A stretch of 60,584 nucleotides of DNA from an uncultured Candidatus Saccharibacteria bacterium (GTDB lineage Bacteria; Patescibacteriota; Doudnabacteria; UBA920). A program made the translations under genes and the position numbers. The notes under the pieces were generated by a model, which worked only from the letters and a program-made list of their open reading frames with translations, was not told the origin of the DNA and made no database searches. Below, in pieces: positions 17,600 to 27,212 of this stretch. The DNA lies in assembly GCA_964402965.1 (NCBI GenBank), contig CAYODY010000005.1, positions 1 to 60,584 of the forward strand, given 5' to 3'. Position 1 is the first letter of the stretch. Each line of letters starts with the position of its first letter.

Positions 17600-19060
17600 T
17601 TAAAGTTTACCATGATTTTTTAGTCTTTGCAATCTAAAAAATACGTATAAAATAAGTATGATGTAATAAAATACGTAAACATAAATTGGGAAAATTAACT
17701 CTACGCTAGCGAAAGGAATACTGGAAAATTTTTCAGTGATGAATAAAATTGCTGACGTGAGAAGTTGAGCAGGATATACAAACGCGTTGCCGATTATTGG
17801 AATTAAAGATAGCGCACCGAACAACATTATCCAAGTTACAAATGGAAGTACGAGGATATTAGCTGCAATTGCAATCACGCTAAAAGTTTCAAAATTGTAA
17901 GCAATAATTGGCCAAGTAAAAAGAATTGCGCCGATTGTTGGACGAAGTTCATTTTCTAAAAAGACTTGTTTGCTTTCTGGATCTTTAACCTGAAAAGCAA
18001 GCAATACACCTAACGTAGCAGATACACTAAGTTGAAAACCAACATCCCAAACCAACACCCGAGGATTCTGCAAAATCATAATCACACTAACAATTAATAG
18101 CGAGTACAAACTCGCGTATCGTCTTCCCAAAAGCTGTGCGACTATCATGAGTAGCGCCATTATAGCGGCGCGCACCACGGCGGCAGTTGCACCCGTAACA
18201 ACAACGAACATAACCACGACTACGACTGTAAGTAAGTTTGTGGCGCGCCGCCCTAAGTAGTACACCAATGCCCCACATGCCGTAGCAATAACCGTCATAT
18301 TAAAACCAGACACAGCAACAATATGAGTTAAACCTGTTCGCTGAAAAGCGGTTAGCACATCTTTTGGAATATTTTGCTTTTGACCAATAAGCATTCCAAT
18401 AATTATACTCCCCTCTTTGTTTGGGAAAACAAGCGATTGTTTTTGTAAATATCTCCTTAATGAAATTAGTGGTGCGCGCCAAGTTATTGGCCAATTTTGT
18501 GGTTCTACCACAGAAAAATATGAACGATGCAAAACTATAACTTTTGGTTTTTTAAGGACTGCGTAAATTTGCCAGCGTTGTAAATATCCAACATAGTCAA
18601 AACCACTAAAACTCTCTGGCATTTGTACTTCACCTCGTAACCAGACTCTGTCTCCATTATGCGCATCAGGAATTGGTGTATAAAGTTGAGCACGAATATA
18701 TTGAGAAAATCCATCTGGTAAAATGACAAGTTGCAGACTAGTATGCCCGTTAAAACTTGATACGCTTAATTGAGGATCTTCGACGATCACCCCCTCCATG
18801 TCTATTTTACTTCCAATATATGTATTATATTCATTTGGTTTAAATGAAGCATTAGAATACCAAACCCCAAAGGTCAATCCAAATACCATACAAAGTAACA
18901 TTGCTCCAACAAACTTTCTCCAAAGTAAAATTAAGCTTGTGATTACAAGAACAAAAAGAAAGTGAAAATAGAAGTGCGTAAAACTAATTTCATAGATTGA
19001 TGCGACAGCAATTCCCCCAACAAAAGCACACAAAAAAGCAGATACATATTTTGGCGTCAT
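17600..19060 (-). CDS. comEC: ComEC/Rec2-family DNA-uptake channel (competence domain only)
   Basis: Polytopic membrane protein with TGLTHIVAVSGFNMTVI. TACAAT lies 6 nt before the ATG (19067-19072). Confidence 0.75.
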   Translation of the reverse strand: MTPKYVSAFLCAFVGGIAVASIYEISFTHFYFHFLFVLVITSLILLWRKFVGAMLLCMVFGLTFGVWYSNASFKPNEYNTYIGSKIDMEGVIVEDPQLSVSSFNGHTSLQLVILPDGFSQYIRAQLYTPIPDAHNGDRVWLRGEVQMPESFSGFDYVGYLQRWQIYAVLKKPKVIVLHRSYFSVVEPQNWPITWRAPLISLRRYLQKQSLVFPNKEGSIIIGMLIGQKQNIPKDVLTAFQRTGLTHIVAVSGFNMTVIATACGALVYYLGRRATNLLTVVVVVMFVVVTGATAAVVRAAIMALLMIVAQLLGRRYASLYSLLIVSVIMILQNPRVLVWDVGFQLSVSATLGVLLAFQVKDPESKQVFLENELRPTIGAILFTWPIIAYNFETFSVIAIAANILVLPFVTWIMLFGALSLIPIIGNAFVYPAQLLTSAILFITEKFSSIPFASVELIFPIYVYVFYYIILILYVFFRLQRLKNHGKL

Positions 19061-19182
19061 GCCATAATTGTATCTGCTTCTAGTTCAATTCCTGATCAAA
19101 AGATTATAAGGTTTTACTGAAGAAATTATAAAATATTGATAAATTTTACTTCGAGTCTTACTTCCAATTTACTTCGATCAAA

Positions 19183-20412
19183 TTACTTCAATTTTTCTGC
19201 AAGATCACTTACCTTCACTGTTTCTTGCTCGCGCTTCACTAGATCTTTTAACTGTACTTCATCATTGCTGGATTCTTCCTCACCCATAATAATCGCGTAT
19301 GGGATATTTTTGCTTTCTGCATATTTAAATTGTTTATCTAGTTTTGCGGTTGAATAGTAAAGCTCTACGTTAATTCCTGCTGTGCGCAAATTATTTGCAA
19401 GCGAGATGTATTTATTTTGCAAATTTTCCGACAAGTTCAAAACTAATGCCTGAATTGGAGTAGCAGTTTCCGTCTCACCCATTTCATCCAAAGCCTGCAA
19501 CAAGCGGTCAATTCCAATACTTCCCCCAACTGCTGGAAGTGATTCTTTTGAAAAAGTGTCTACTAGGTTGTCGTAACGACCACCACTACAAATACTTCCG
19601 TATTCTGGTTTATCTGATAAGTAAATCTCAAATACAGTTCCTGTATAGTAGTCTAATCCACGCGCGATACTTGGATCGAACTCCACAGTAGCACTCACGC
19701 CAAATGACTGAATCATTTCTATTAGCTTTGCAATATTTTCTGGAACGTTTTGTTTAGCGCTTTCCCCCAACATCAGTTTAGCATTTTCAATTTCAGCAGA
19801 ACTCACACCTTTATCTTCCATTTCTTTTACAACACCATCTAATCCGATCTTATCTATTTTATCTATAGAGCGAACTGCCTCTGGAGAAAGTCCAGCAAAA
19901 CCAGCGCGGTCATTTAACCGAACTTTGTAGTTTTTCACACCAACCGCTTCGAGAGCCTGACATACACACGCAATAACTTCCGCATCCGCCAAAGGTGAAT
20001 CTGTTCCAACAGCGTCTACATCACACTGATAGAATTCTCGTAGACGTCCTTTTTGAGGATTATCCGCACGCCATACTGGCGCAATTTGATATCGCTTAAA
20101 AGGCAAAGTTAGCTGACCTTGATTCTGCGCAACATAACGCGCAAGTGGAACGGTTAGATCGTAACGCATAGCAACGTCACGGTCACCGTTATCTTTAAAA
20201 GAATAAACTAGTTTTTCGTCATCGCCGTACTTCCCCATTAAAATTTCTTTGTATTCTAGAACTGGAGTAGATAACGGCAAAAATCCTAACCGTTCAAAAA
20301 CGCTTTGGATTTTACTAAACATTTCCTGACGAGCTTTCTGCTCAGTTAGGCCGTAATCACGAAAACCTTTAAGTAAACGAGGTTCAATTTTTTGTGCTTT
20401 TTCATTAGACAT
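19183..20412 (-). CDS. hisS: Histidyl-tRNA synthetase
   Basis: Motif 2 region RYQIAPVWRADNPQKGRLREFYQCD, motif 3 region GGRYDNL...GGSIGIDRL, and a C-terminal anticodon-binding domain. Confidence 0.9.
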   Translation of the reverse strand: MSNEKAQKIEPRLLKGFRDYGLTEQKARQEMFSKIQSVFERLGFLPLSTPVLEYKEILMGKYGDDEKLVYSFKDNGDRDVAMRYDLTVPLARYVAQNQGQLTLPFKRYQIAPVWRADNPQKGRLREFYQCDVDAVGTDSPLADAEVIACVCQALEAVGVKNYKVRLNDRAGFAGLSPEAVRSIDKIDKIGLDGVVKEMEDKGVSSAEIENAKLMLGESAKQNVPENIAKLIEMIQSFGVSATVEFDPSIARGLDYYTGTVFEIYLSDKPEYGSICSGGRYDNLVDTFSKESLPAVGGSIGIDRLLQALDEMGETETATPIQALVLNLSENLQNKYISLANNLRTAGINVELYYSTAKLDKQFKYAESKNIPYAIIMGEEESSNDEVQLKDLVKREQETVKVSDLAEKLK

Positions 20413-20418
20413 GTCTAG

Positions 20419-20427
20419 ATTATAGCA
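20419..20427 (-). promoter_or_regulatory. Extended -10 (TGCTATAAT) 6 nt before the hisS ATG; leaderless-type
   Basis: On the minus strand: tgctataat-ctagac-ATG. Confidence 0.55.
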
Positions 20428-20487
20428 AGAATAAGGGCAAAAAGAAAAACAGCGCGTAAGTGACGCTGTTTTGTTAATGCGACGTGT

Positions 20488-21150
20488 TCATGCTTGCGTG
20501 TGAAGCCATTTCAAGCAAAACAAGAAGCCAAACAGTCTGGAAGAAAATTCATCCAAAAATTCAGGACCCTCCAGAGAGTCATCTGTGAGAGAACTTCGAA
20601 TGATTCTTCTCTTCAATTCCCTTTTGGGAAATTTGGGGATGAGTGCCGCGGTTTGCTTCTTACTATAGAAAATCCCAACCTCGCAAGGATTACTCTTGAT
20701 GTAAAAAGCTGACATATCAATTGGGAAAGCCAAATTTTCATTGATGAGGATGGTGTTCTTACCAGGAATACAATACTCGTAATAGCCACTATGTTTGAAA
20801 TATTCGTATTGCTGGGCAAGATCGTAATCGAGAAAGTTAGATTTTAACAAATCCTCGACAACCAAAGCGAGGGTTAATGAAATGAAAGGATTGAAAGTCA
20901 CAGACTCAATATCAGAAAAATCTGGAATTATGATCTTATCCAAATTTCTCAAGAACTGTGATTTTAATTCTTCATTGAGCTTATAGCCTTCTTTTTCGAA
21001 ATCTATCAGGCATTGAGCAATTGCAACTTGGCTAAAACAGAAGCTTACACTGGCCATGCCCTTAAAGATTATTCGAAGAACTGCCGAAGGTATTCCTTCA
21101 AGACTAAACGCAAATACCTTAATATCAACTCTCGTATCAAATTCAGACAT
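20488..21150 (-). CDS. Orphan hypothetical protein
   Basis: 220-aa ORF. AAGGAGG at 21158-21164, its own TGCTATAAT at 21191-21199, and its own terminator at about 20448-20472. Confidence 0.55.
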   Translation of the reverse strand: MSEFDTRVDIKVFAFSLEGIPSAVLRIIFKGMASVSFCFSQVAIAQCLIDFEKEGYKLNEELKSQFLRNLDKIIIPDFSDIESVTFNPFISLTLALVVEDLLKSNFLDYDLAQQYEYFKHSGYYEYCIPGKNTILINENLAFPIDMSAFYIKSNPCEVGIFYSKKQTAALIPKFPKRELKRRIIRSSLTDDSLEGPEFLDEFSSRLFGFLFCLKWLHTQA

Positions 21151-21213
21151 ATTTAGGCCTCCTTAACCAAATTTCTTTCTTAACTTTCAAATTATAGCAA
21201 AGAGTGGGTAAAC

Positions 21214-21240
21214 AAAAAAACCGGCAGTTGCCGGCAAATT
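21214..21240 (-). terminator. Intrinsic terminator of the DUF202 gene
   Basis: ccggca-gt-tgccgg, with a T7 run on the minus strand. Confidence 0.65.
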
Positions 21241-21256
21241 TACAGATCTATCTAAA

Positions 21257-21619
21257 CTACTTCATTCCCAAAATGAATTTTAAAGTTGAACCTATCTTAC
21301 TTTTCTTTAACTTAGTGGCTCTAGTAACTGTATCCCCTTTCACGCGAAGTAGGATTTTATCTATTTCTCTAAAACGATTATATCCATGAATAACCAAAAG
21401 TACTCCGACTACCACAAATGCCCAACCCAAGTAATACATTGAACTGTCTGGAAAAATTTTAATTAAGGTAACCCCAGCAGCTACTAAAGTTAACGAAGTA
21501 CGAACATAAGACATAAACGATGTTTCGTTAGTCATCATTGTTCGGTCAACAGCTAAATAATCACGAAGAATCATCTGCTCGTGATCTTTTTCATAAGGGA
21601 TATATGGGTCTTCTGACAT
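21257..21619 (-). CDS. DUF202/YidH-like small membrane protein
   Basis: DYLAVDRT.M.NE.SFMSYVRTSL plus two or three TM helices. Confidence 0.55.
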   Translation of the reverse strand: MSEDPYIPYEKDHEQMILRDYLAVDRTMMTNETSFMSYVRTSLTLVAAGVTLIKIFPDSSMYYLGWAFVVVGVLLVIHGYNRFREIDKILLRVKGDTVTRATKLKKSKIGSTLKFILGMK

Positions 21620-21714
21620 AAATTATCTTTTTGTTTCAAAACTAACCTTGTTAAGGGTATTATAACATAATTTAGAAACTTTATACAATTTAGCTTGTCT
21701 AGTATACTTTGATT

Positions 21715-23496
21715 ATGAAAAAACGATTTTTATCCCCTGGAGAAAAAATAGAAAATTTCTCAACGTGGGCATTATTAAAAAGTATTAACCAGAAAATTAA
21801 ACCATACCGAGGAAAGTTTCTCTTGGGAAGTTTTTTGCGACTGACTGCTGATATTTCGAATCTATATCCTACTTATGCCTTAGCTTCCCTAATTACAATT
21901 CTATCCAAAGGCAACGTTGCCCAAAGTGCAAATAAAATTTGGACAATTGCAATATTGTGGATAATATCAGCTATATACAGGGTGATATGTAAATATTTTT
22001 CGAAGAAAATACTTTTCAGGATTTCTCAAAAAACTGCTTTAGATGTTGAACAAGAATCTATTAGCCACATGTTCAATTTAGACATGGCGTGGCATGAAAA
22101 AGAAAACACAGGAAACAAACTTCAAAGAATTAAAAATGCTTCGAATGGTTACAGAATGTTGATGAACATTTGGATCAATAATTTGATTGAAATCATTATT
22201 AACTTTATTGGAGGTCTCGTAATACTATTTAACTTTAACAAACCTATTGCGCTTGCTACTGGAATTTTTCTAATTTGTTACCTAACTCTTTCAAAAATTA
22301 TTCGAGAGAAAGCAGCGATCGCTTACAATGAAGTTAATATTCAGGGAGAAGAACTCACTGGCCTTCAATACGAAGCCGTTGCCAACATTCGTTCAATAAA
22401 AATAATGTCCATGGTGAAAACCATGAAGGACCTCCTTAATTTACGAACAAATTCAGTATTCGAAGCAATTAAAAAGAACGTCTTTTGGACTCAATTCAGA
22501 AGTTTGGTTGAGCAAGCGCTTGCATTAATTTTTAAATTTGGAATTTTAATTTTTGTAGTATATGGAATTATTAAAGGAAGATACGAGGCTGGCCTGTTAA
22601 TTCTATTCAATAACTACTTTAATAATGTATGGATGTCTGTTGATGAACTTTCCAATGTCAGTCAGGATATTTTGGTTTCAAGGTACTCAATCTCCCGTCT
22701 AAATAAAATCATGGATGAGAAAGTCACAATCGATGACGAAAAAGGCAAAAGACCATTCCCTACTGACTGGAAAACGATCCAATTAAAAAACGTAAACTTC
22801 TCTTACGAGAATAACTTAGTTTTGAAAAATATATCTTTTGTTATAAACAGAGGTGAAAAAATTGGTATCATCGGGCTCTCTGGAGCTGGTAAATCCACAA
22901 TATTTAAACTTCTTCTAAAAGAATATGAGAACTTTGATGGTGAGATTTTAATAGATAATGTGCCGATCCGAGAGATCAGCAAAAAGAAGTATTTTGAATC
23001 AACAGCAGCAGTACTTCAAGAAACTGAAGTGTTCAACTTCTCATTAAGAGAAAATATCTTTTTTGCTGGACCTGGAACTAAGAACAAAGAAAGCGAACTT
23101 CAGAAAGCACTAGAAATAGCTCACGTAACAGACTTTTTACCAAAACTTCAAAATGGCGTAGATACTGAGATTGGTGAAAAAGGAGTACGACTTTCTGGAG
23201 GAGAAAAACAAAGACTTGGCATTGCCAGAGCTGTGTTTAAAAATCCGCAACTTCTTTTACTAGACGAGGCAACCTCACATTTAGACTTAGAATCTGAAGA
23301 AAAGATTCAAGACTCACTGCACAAATTCTTTAAGAATGTCACAGCTGTTGTTATCGCCCACCGTCTTACAACAATTAAAGAAATGGATAAAATTATTGTT
23401 ATAGAAAATGGCGAAGTAATAGAATCTGGGAATTTTGCCGAACTAACCGCCAAGCGTGGACGATTCTTCGAGCTATGGGAAAAACAGAGATTGTAA
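21715..23496 (+). CDS. ABC exporter, fused permease and ATPase
   Basis: Walker A GLSGAGKST, signature LSGGEKQR, Walker B LLLLDEATS. ATG at 21715 is preferred because TATACT at 21703-21708 lies 6 nt upstream. Confidence 0.88.
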   Translation: MKKRFLSPGEKIENFSTWALLKSINQKIKPYRGKFLLGSFLRLTADISNLYPTYALASLITILSKGNVAQSANKIWTIAILWIISAIYRVICKYFSKKILFRISQKTALDVEQESISHMFNLDMAWHEKENTGNKLQRIKNASNGYRMLMNIWINNLIEIIINFIGGLVILFNFNKPIALATGIFLICYLTLSKIIREKAAIAYNEVNIQGEELTGLQYEAVANIRSIKIMSMVKTMKDLLNLRTNSVFEAIKKNVFWTQFRSLVEQALALIFKFGILIFVVYGIIKGRYEAGLLILFNNYFNNVWMSVDELSNVSQDILVSRYSISRLNKIMDEKVTIDDEKGKRPFPTDWKTIQLKNVNFSYENNLVLKNISFVINRGEKIGIIGLSGAGKSTIFKLLLKEYENFDGEILIDNVPIREISKKKYFESTAAVLQETEVFNFSLRENIFFAGPGTKNKESELQKALEIAHVTDFLPKLQNGVDTEIGEKGVRLSGGEKQRLGIARAVFKNPQLLLLDEATSHLDLESEEKIQDSLHKFFKNVTAVVIAHRLTTIKEMDKIIVIENGEVIESGNFAELTAKRGRFFELWEKQRL

Positions 23497-23551
23497 GCTC
23501 AAGATCGTCAGTTCAAAAATCCATTTTCCAAAGAAATAAAAAAGCATTCCC

Positions 23552-23611
23552 TAACGAGACTATTGGAGCTCAGCATCACGCGAAGCGTGAGCGTAGCGAC
23601 CTAGTCGAGGT
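23552..23611 (-). repeat. Hairpin-nested module, copy 1 (reverse orientation, different apical hairpin)
   Basis: The reverse complement reads acctcgactaggtcgctacg-ctcacgcttcgcgtgatg-ctgagctccaatagtctcgtta. It is enclosed by outer stem 23539-23551 / 23612-23624. Confidence 0.85.
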
Positions 23612-23635
23612 GGGAATGCTTTTTATATTTCTTAT

Positions 23636-24877
23636 CTATTTCATTTTCTTGCGAATGAACGCTGGAATATCTAATTCATCTTCATCTGTTTCATCCTTAC
23701 CCATTTGTTGTACTGGGTCTGCAGGTTTTGGACTGAACAACGGCTTGCGAACTTCTGGACGAGCAGGTTCTGCAATGTCTATATCTACAGAATTAGTGTT
23801 TGTTGTTTGAGATGGAGTTGCTGAAAATGGTGATGATTGCACTGGATGTGCCAATGGTTTGATCATTGGTTCATCTTGTGTTGGTGCAAAGTTAATGCTT
23901 GAAGGTCGACGATTGTGCTCATCGAACCCAGTTGCGATAACTGTAATGCGGATTTCATCGCCCATGCTTTCATCAATAACAGTACCGAACTTAACGCGAG
24001 CATCTGGGTCTACATTCTTAGTAATAACCTTAGCTGCTTCGTCTATTTCGAACATACCAAGGTCAGGACCACCGGTAATATTGAATAGAACGCCTTGAGC
24101 TCCGTCTATGGTCATATCTAGCAAAGGAGAGTTTACAGCGGCTTTAGCGGCCAATTCTGCGCGATTCTCACCACTTGCTTTACCAATACCCATCATAGCT
24201 GTACCGGCATCTTGCATAATAGTACGAATATCGGCGAAGTCGGCATTAACTACACCATGAGTAGTAATTAAATCTGAAATACCGGCAATCCCCTGACGAA
24301 GAACTTCATCAACAGTAGAGAATGCTTCAATTAAAGAAGTCTTTTTATCTATGATTTGTAAAATGCGATCGTTCTGAATAGAGATAATTGCATCTACTTT
24401 ATCTTTCAAATTTTCATAACCAGATTCTGCAATTTCTTTACGCTTACTACCTTCAAAAGTGAAAGGCTTAGTTACAACAGCAATTGTTAATATGTCGCGA
24501 TTCTTGCAAAGCTCTGCGATAATTGGTGCAGCACCTGTTCCAGTTCCACCACCAAGTCCACAAGTAATGAAAACCATGTCGGCGTTTGAAATTACTTCTT
24601 CAATTTCTTCTTGGCTTTCTTCTGCAGCTTGACGACCAAGTTCTGGATTCATTCCTGAACCCAAACCTTTAGTTATTGATTTTCCAATGTGAACTTTTTT
24701 GTCTGCTTGGTTATTGTGTAGAGCTTGAGCATCGGTGTTTACCGCGATAAACTCTACTCCACGAATTCCAAGCTGAGCCATACGGTTTACAGCAGTGGTT
24801 CCAGAACCACCAACACCCATCACCTTAATACGTGCAAATGTTTCAATTTTCGGTTTAACTTCCATAGATTTTTTCAT
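23636..24877 (-). CDS. ftsZ: Cell-division GTPase FtsZ
   Basis: GVGGSGTTAVNRM and the tubulin signature GGGTGTGAAP. Confidence 0.97.
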   Translation of the reverse strand: MKKSMEVKPKIETFARIKVMGVGGSGTTAVNRMAQLGIRGVEFIAVNTDAQALHNNQADKKVHIGKSITKGLGSGMNPELGRQAAEESQEEIEEVISNADMVFITCGLGGGTGTGAAPIIAELCKNRDILTIAVVTKPFTFEGSKRKEIAESGYENLKDKVDAIISIQNDRILQIIDKKTSLIEAFSTVDEVLRQGIAGISDLITTHGVVNADFADIRTIMQDAGTAMMGIGKASGENRAELAAKAAVNSPLLDMTIDGAQGVLFNITGGPDLGMFEIDEAAKVITKNVDPDARVKFGTVIDESMGDEIRITVIATGFDEHNRRPSSINFAPTQDEPMIKPLAHPVQSSPFSATPSQTTNTNSVDIDIAEPARPEVRKPLFSPKPADPVQQMGKDETDEDELDIPAFIRKKMK

Positions 24878-25011
24878 CAGTTTATATTTCTATATTAAAG
24901 AAAAAAACGCAAAATAACAACTCAAACGGTCTAAAACTCTTTCAATTGTTGTTTTGCGTTTTATTTTTATTACTCCAGCACTATTTTAGTGCTAATTGGA
25001 CCAAAGTGCCT

Positions 25012-26259
25012 TTATGGCATGATTGCTTTGAACCACTTCTTCAATTTTACCACATTCTGGTTTTCTAACAAGCCCTTAAATGGATTTGAAAAACTCATGC
25101 CAGAAAGACTTGTGGTGAAATTACTACCCCACAATGCAAGACCTACAACTGTCGCAAATGAAGGATCAACAACTTGGTCAATAATAGTATCTGTTTCACT
25201 AGGCACTCCTACTGAAACTGGAAGTCGCAAATAGTGTTTTGCAAATTCAACAATTCCAGGAAGCGCTGCCCCACCACCAGTTAGAACAATTCCTGCTGGG
25301 AGCTTTCCATCTTTGTCTACTCGTTTTAATTCTGCTGTAATACGATCAAAAATTTCTTCCAAACGTGCTTCAATAATTTCTGCAACTAGAAGTTGAGAGA
25401 TTCTTGTTTCTTCATCTGGATCTATTTTAGACATATCTATTTCAGCAAGCTTGTCTACAAGAGCAGGACTTGCCTTGCCATACAAAGTTTTAACTTTTTC
25501 TGCAGTATCAATTGTACAACGCAGTCCAATAGCAATGTCGTTTGTCATGTGCATTGAACCAATCGGAACAATCGCTGTGTGAACTAAATTATTTTCTTCA
25601 TACACCGCTAAAGAAGTAGTGCCTGCGCCTAGGTCTATAACTGCCACACCTAACTCTTTTTGACGCTTATTTAAAACAGATTGTGCTGCTGCCAAAGGTG
25701 AAAGCACCAACTGGTCTACCTCCAAACCAGCTTGTGTAATTGCCTTAGTAAGGTTTTTCAAGAAAGGAAGCGCGCCATGAATAATAATAGTCTCTACTTC
25801 CAAACGAATTCCTGTCATCCCAATTGGATCTTTAATCCCCGACTGGCCATCTAGAGTAAAGGTTTTTGGAATAACATGAATAACTTCTCTGTTCGGTGGA
25901 ATTGAAACAGCTTGAGAAGCATCTATTACTCTAATAACATCGTTCTCGGAAATTTCACCATCTGCACGAGACACAGCAATAACGCCTTTTGAATCTAAAC
26001 AAGAAATGTGGTTACCACCAACAGAAATATTTGCATGAGCAACTGGCACACCAGTCATCCTTTCAACTTTTTCTAAGACTGCTGAAATAGAAGATACAGC
26101 TTCATCTATATCTACAATAACGCCTTTACGCATTCCATTTGCAGGAACACTTGCGGCGCCAATTATGTTAATACGACCAGTTTCTTCTAATTTACCCTGC
26201 ACCACGCGAATGGTGTGAGTTCCAACATCTAGGCCGACTATGTATTGTTCTTTTGCCAT
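25012..26259 (-). CDS. ftsA: Cell-division protein FtsA
   Basis: Actin-fold motifs VGLDVGT, VIDLGAGTT and LTGGGA. It lies directly upstream of ftsZ. Confidence 0.92.
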   Translation of the reverse strand: MAKEQYIVGLDVGTHTIRVVQGKLEETGRINIIGAASVPANGMRKGVIVDIDEAVSSISAVLEKVERMTGVPVAHANISVGGNHISCLDSKGVIAVSRADGEISENDVIRVIDASQAVSIPPNREVIHVIPKTFTLDGQSGIKDPIGMTGIRLEVETIIIHGALPFLKNLTKAITQAGLEVDQLVLSPLAAAQSVLNKRQKELGVAVIDLGAGTTSLAVYEENNLVHTAIVPIGSMHMTNDIAIGLRCTIDTAEKVKTLYGKASPALVDKLAEIDMSKIDPDEETRISQLLVAEIIEARLEEIFDRITAELKRVDKDGKLPAGIVLTGGGAALPGIVEFAKHYLRLPVSVGVPSETDTIIDQVVDPSFATVVGLALWGSNFTTSLSGMSFSNPFKGLLENQNVVKLKKWFKAIMP

Positions 26260-26281
26260 ACTTTGTTTTTAAATAGATGAG

Positions 26282-26722
26282 TTAGCTCAATTTTTCTTTG
26301 AGCAGTTTAGCTACCAATGCTCCGTCGGCGGTGTTACCAAAGTGCCCTTTTAAAGCACCCATGGCTTGTCCAAAATCTTTGGTTGTCCAAGAGTTTTCAG
26401 CAATTTTAGATTCAATAATTTTCCCAATTTCTTCTTCACTGACTTGTTCAGGAAGAAATACAGATAAAACTTTCAATTCCGCTTCTTCTTTTTCCGCTTG
26501 TTCAATACGACCAGAATCGCGAAAAGCAGTAGCTGCTTCTTTGCGTCGCTTAGCTTCAGATTGAACCAATGTCAAAACATCGGCGTCAGTGAGTTCTGTG
26601 CCTTTAGCAATTTGATCGTTTTGAATTCGAGTTTTTAAAGCGCGAAGTGTGTCTGCAGAGATTTGATCTCGTGCCTTTAAGGCAGTTGTCAATGCAGATT
26701 CAACTTCTGAAAGATTGGGCAT
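26282..26722 (-). CDS. GatB/YqeY-domain protein
   Basis: ALKARD....TLR.L...I...., 146 aa with the typical YqeY layout. Confidence 0.7.
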   Translation of the reverse strand: MPNLSEVESALTTALKARDQISADTLRALKTRIQNDQIAKGTELTDADVLTLVQSEAKRRKEAATAFRDSGRIEQAEKEEAELKVLSVFLPEQVSEEEIGKIIESKIAENSWTTKDFGQAMGALKGHFGNTADGALVAKLLKEKLS

Positions 26723-26786
26723 GAAAATTTTGTTTTAAATTTAGTTTCGCTTGCGCGAGATTTTTTGGATATTGTCTAACTTCAAC

Positions 26787-27023
26787 CTATCGGCGACCAC
26801 GAGATGGTTTAACCGGTTTACCAAGACGCTTTAGTTCTTCACGAACTTCGCGCATTTCACTACGACGTTGAGCATCTGTACGTTTTAGGTTACGACTCTG
26901 TGCTGGCGCAAAAAAGCGCGTCTTGCGGGCGCGAATTAGAACACCGCTTTGTTGAATCTTACGATTAAAACGGCGGAGTAGGTTATCAAATGATTCGTTA
27001 TCTTTACGTTTTACTTCTACCAA
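26787..27023 (-). CDS. rpsU: 30S ribosomal protein S21 (TTG start)
   Basis: VEVKRKDNESFDNLLRRFNRKIQQSG.L...RK..FF..P. GAGGTG Shine-Dalgarno upstream. Confidence 0.88.
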   Translation of the reverse strand: MVEVKRKDNESFDNLLRRFNRKIQQSGVLIRARKTRFFAPAQSRNLKRTDAQRRSEMREVREELKRLGKPVKPSRGRR

Positions 27024-27132
27024 AAAATTTCACCTCACTTTAAAATGTGGCCTCAAGGACCTTAATCTCAGTAATTATACGTCATTTCCCCTCGGAGGTC
27101 AAATTGACGATCAACCCTCAAAACTAATTACC

Positions 27133-27191
27133 ACCTCGACTAGGTCGCTACGATTTGCTTTCAGCAAATCTGGGCTCCAATAGTCTCGTTA
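27133..27191 (+). repeat. Hairpin-nested module, copy 2
   Basis: acctcgactaggtcgctacg-atttgctttcagcaaat-ctgggctccaatagtctcgtta. It is enclosed by outer stem 27115-27132 / 27192-27208. Confidence 0.85.
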
Positions 27192-27212
27192 GGTAATTAG
27201 TTTTTGGGTTAT

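Noticed and set aside
27133-27191. Small self-cleaving ribozyme (hammerhead or twister) as the identity of the hairpin-nested module
   Set aside because: I found no CUGAnGA...GAAA hammerhead core and no twister-like conserved loops on either strand. This cannot be excluded without covariance-model scans.
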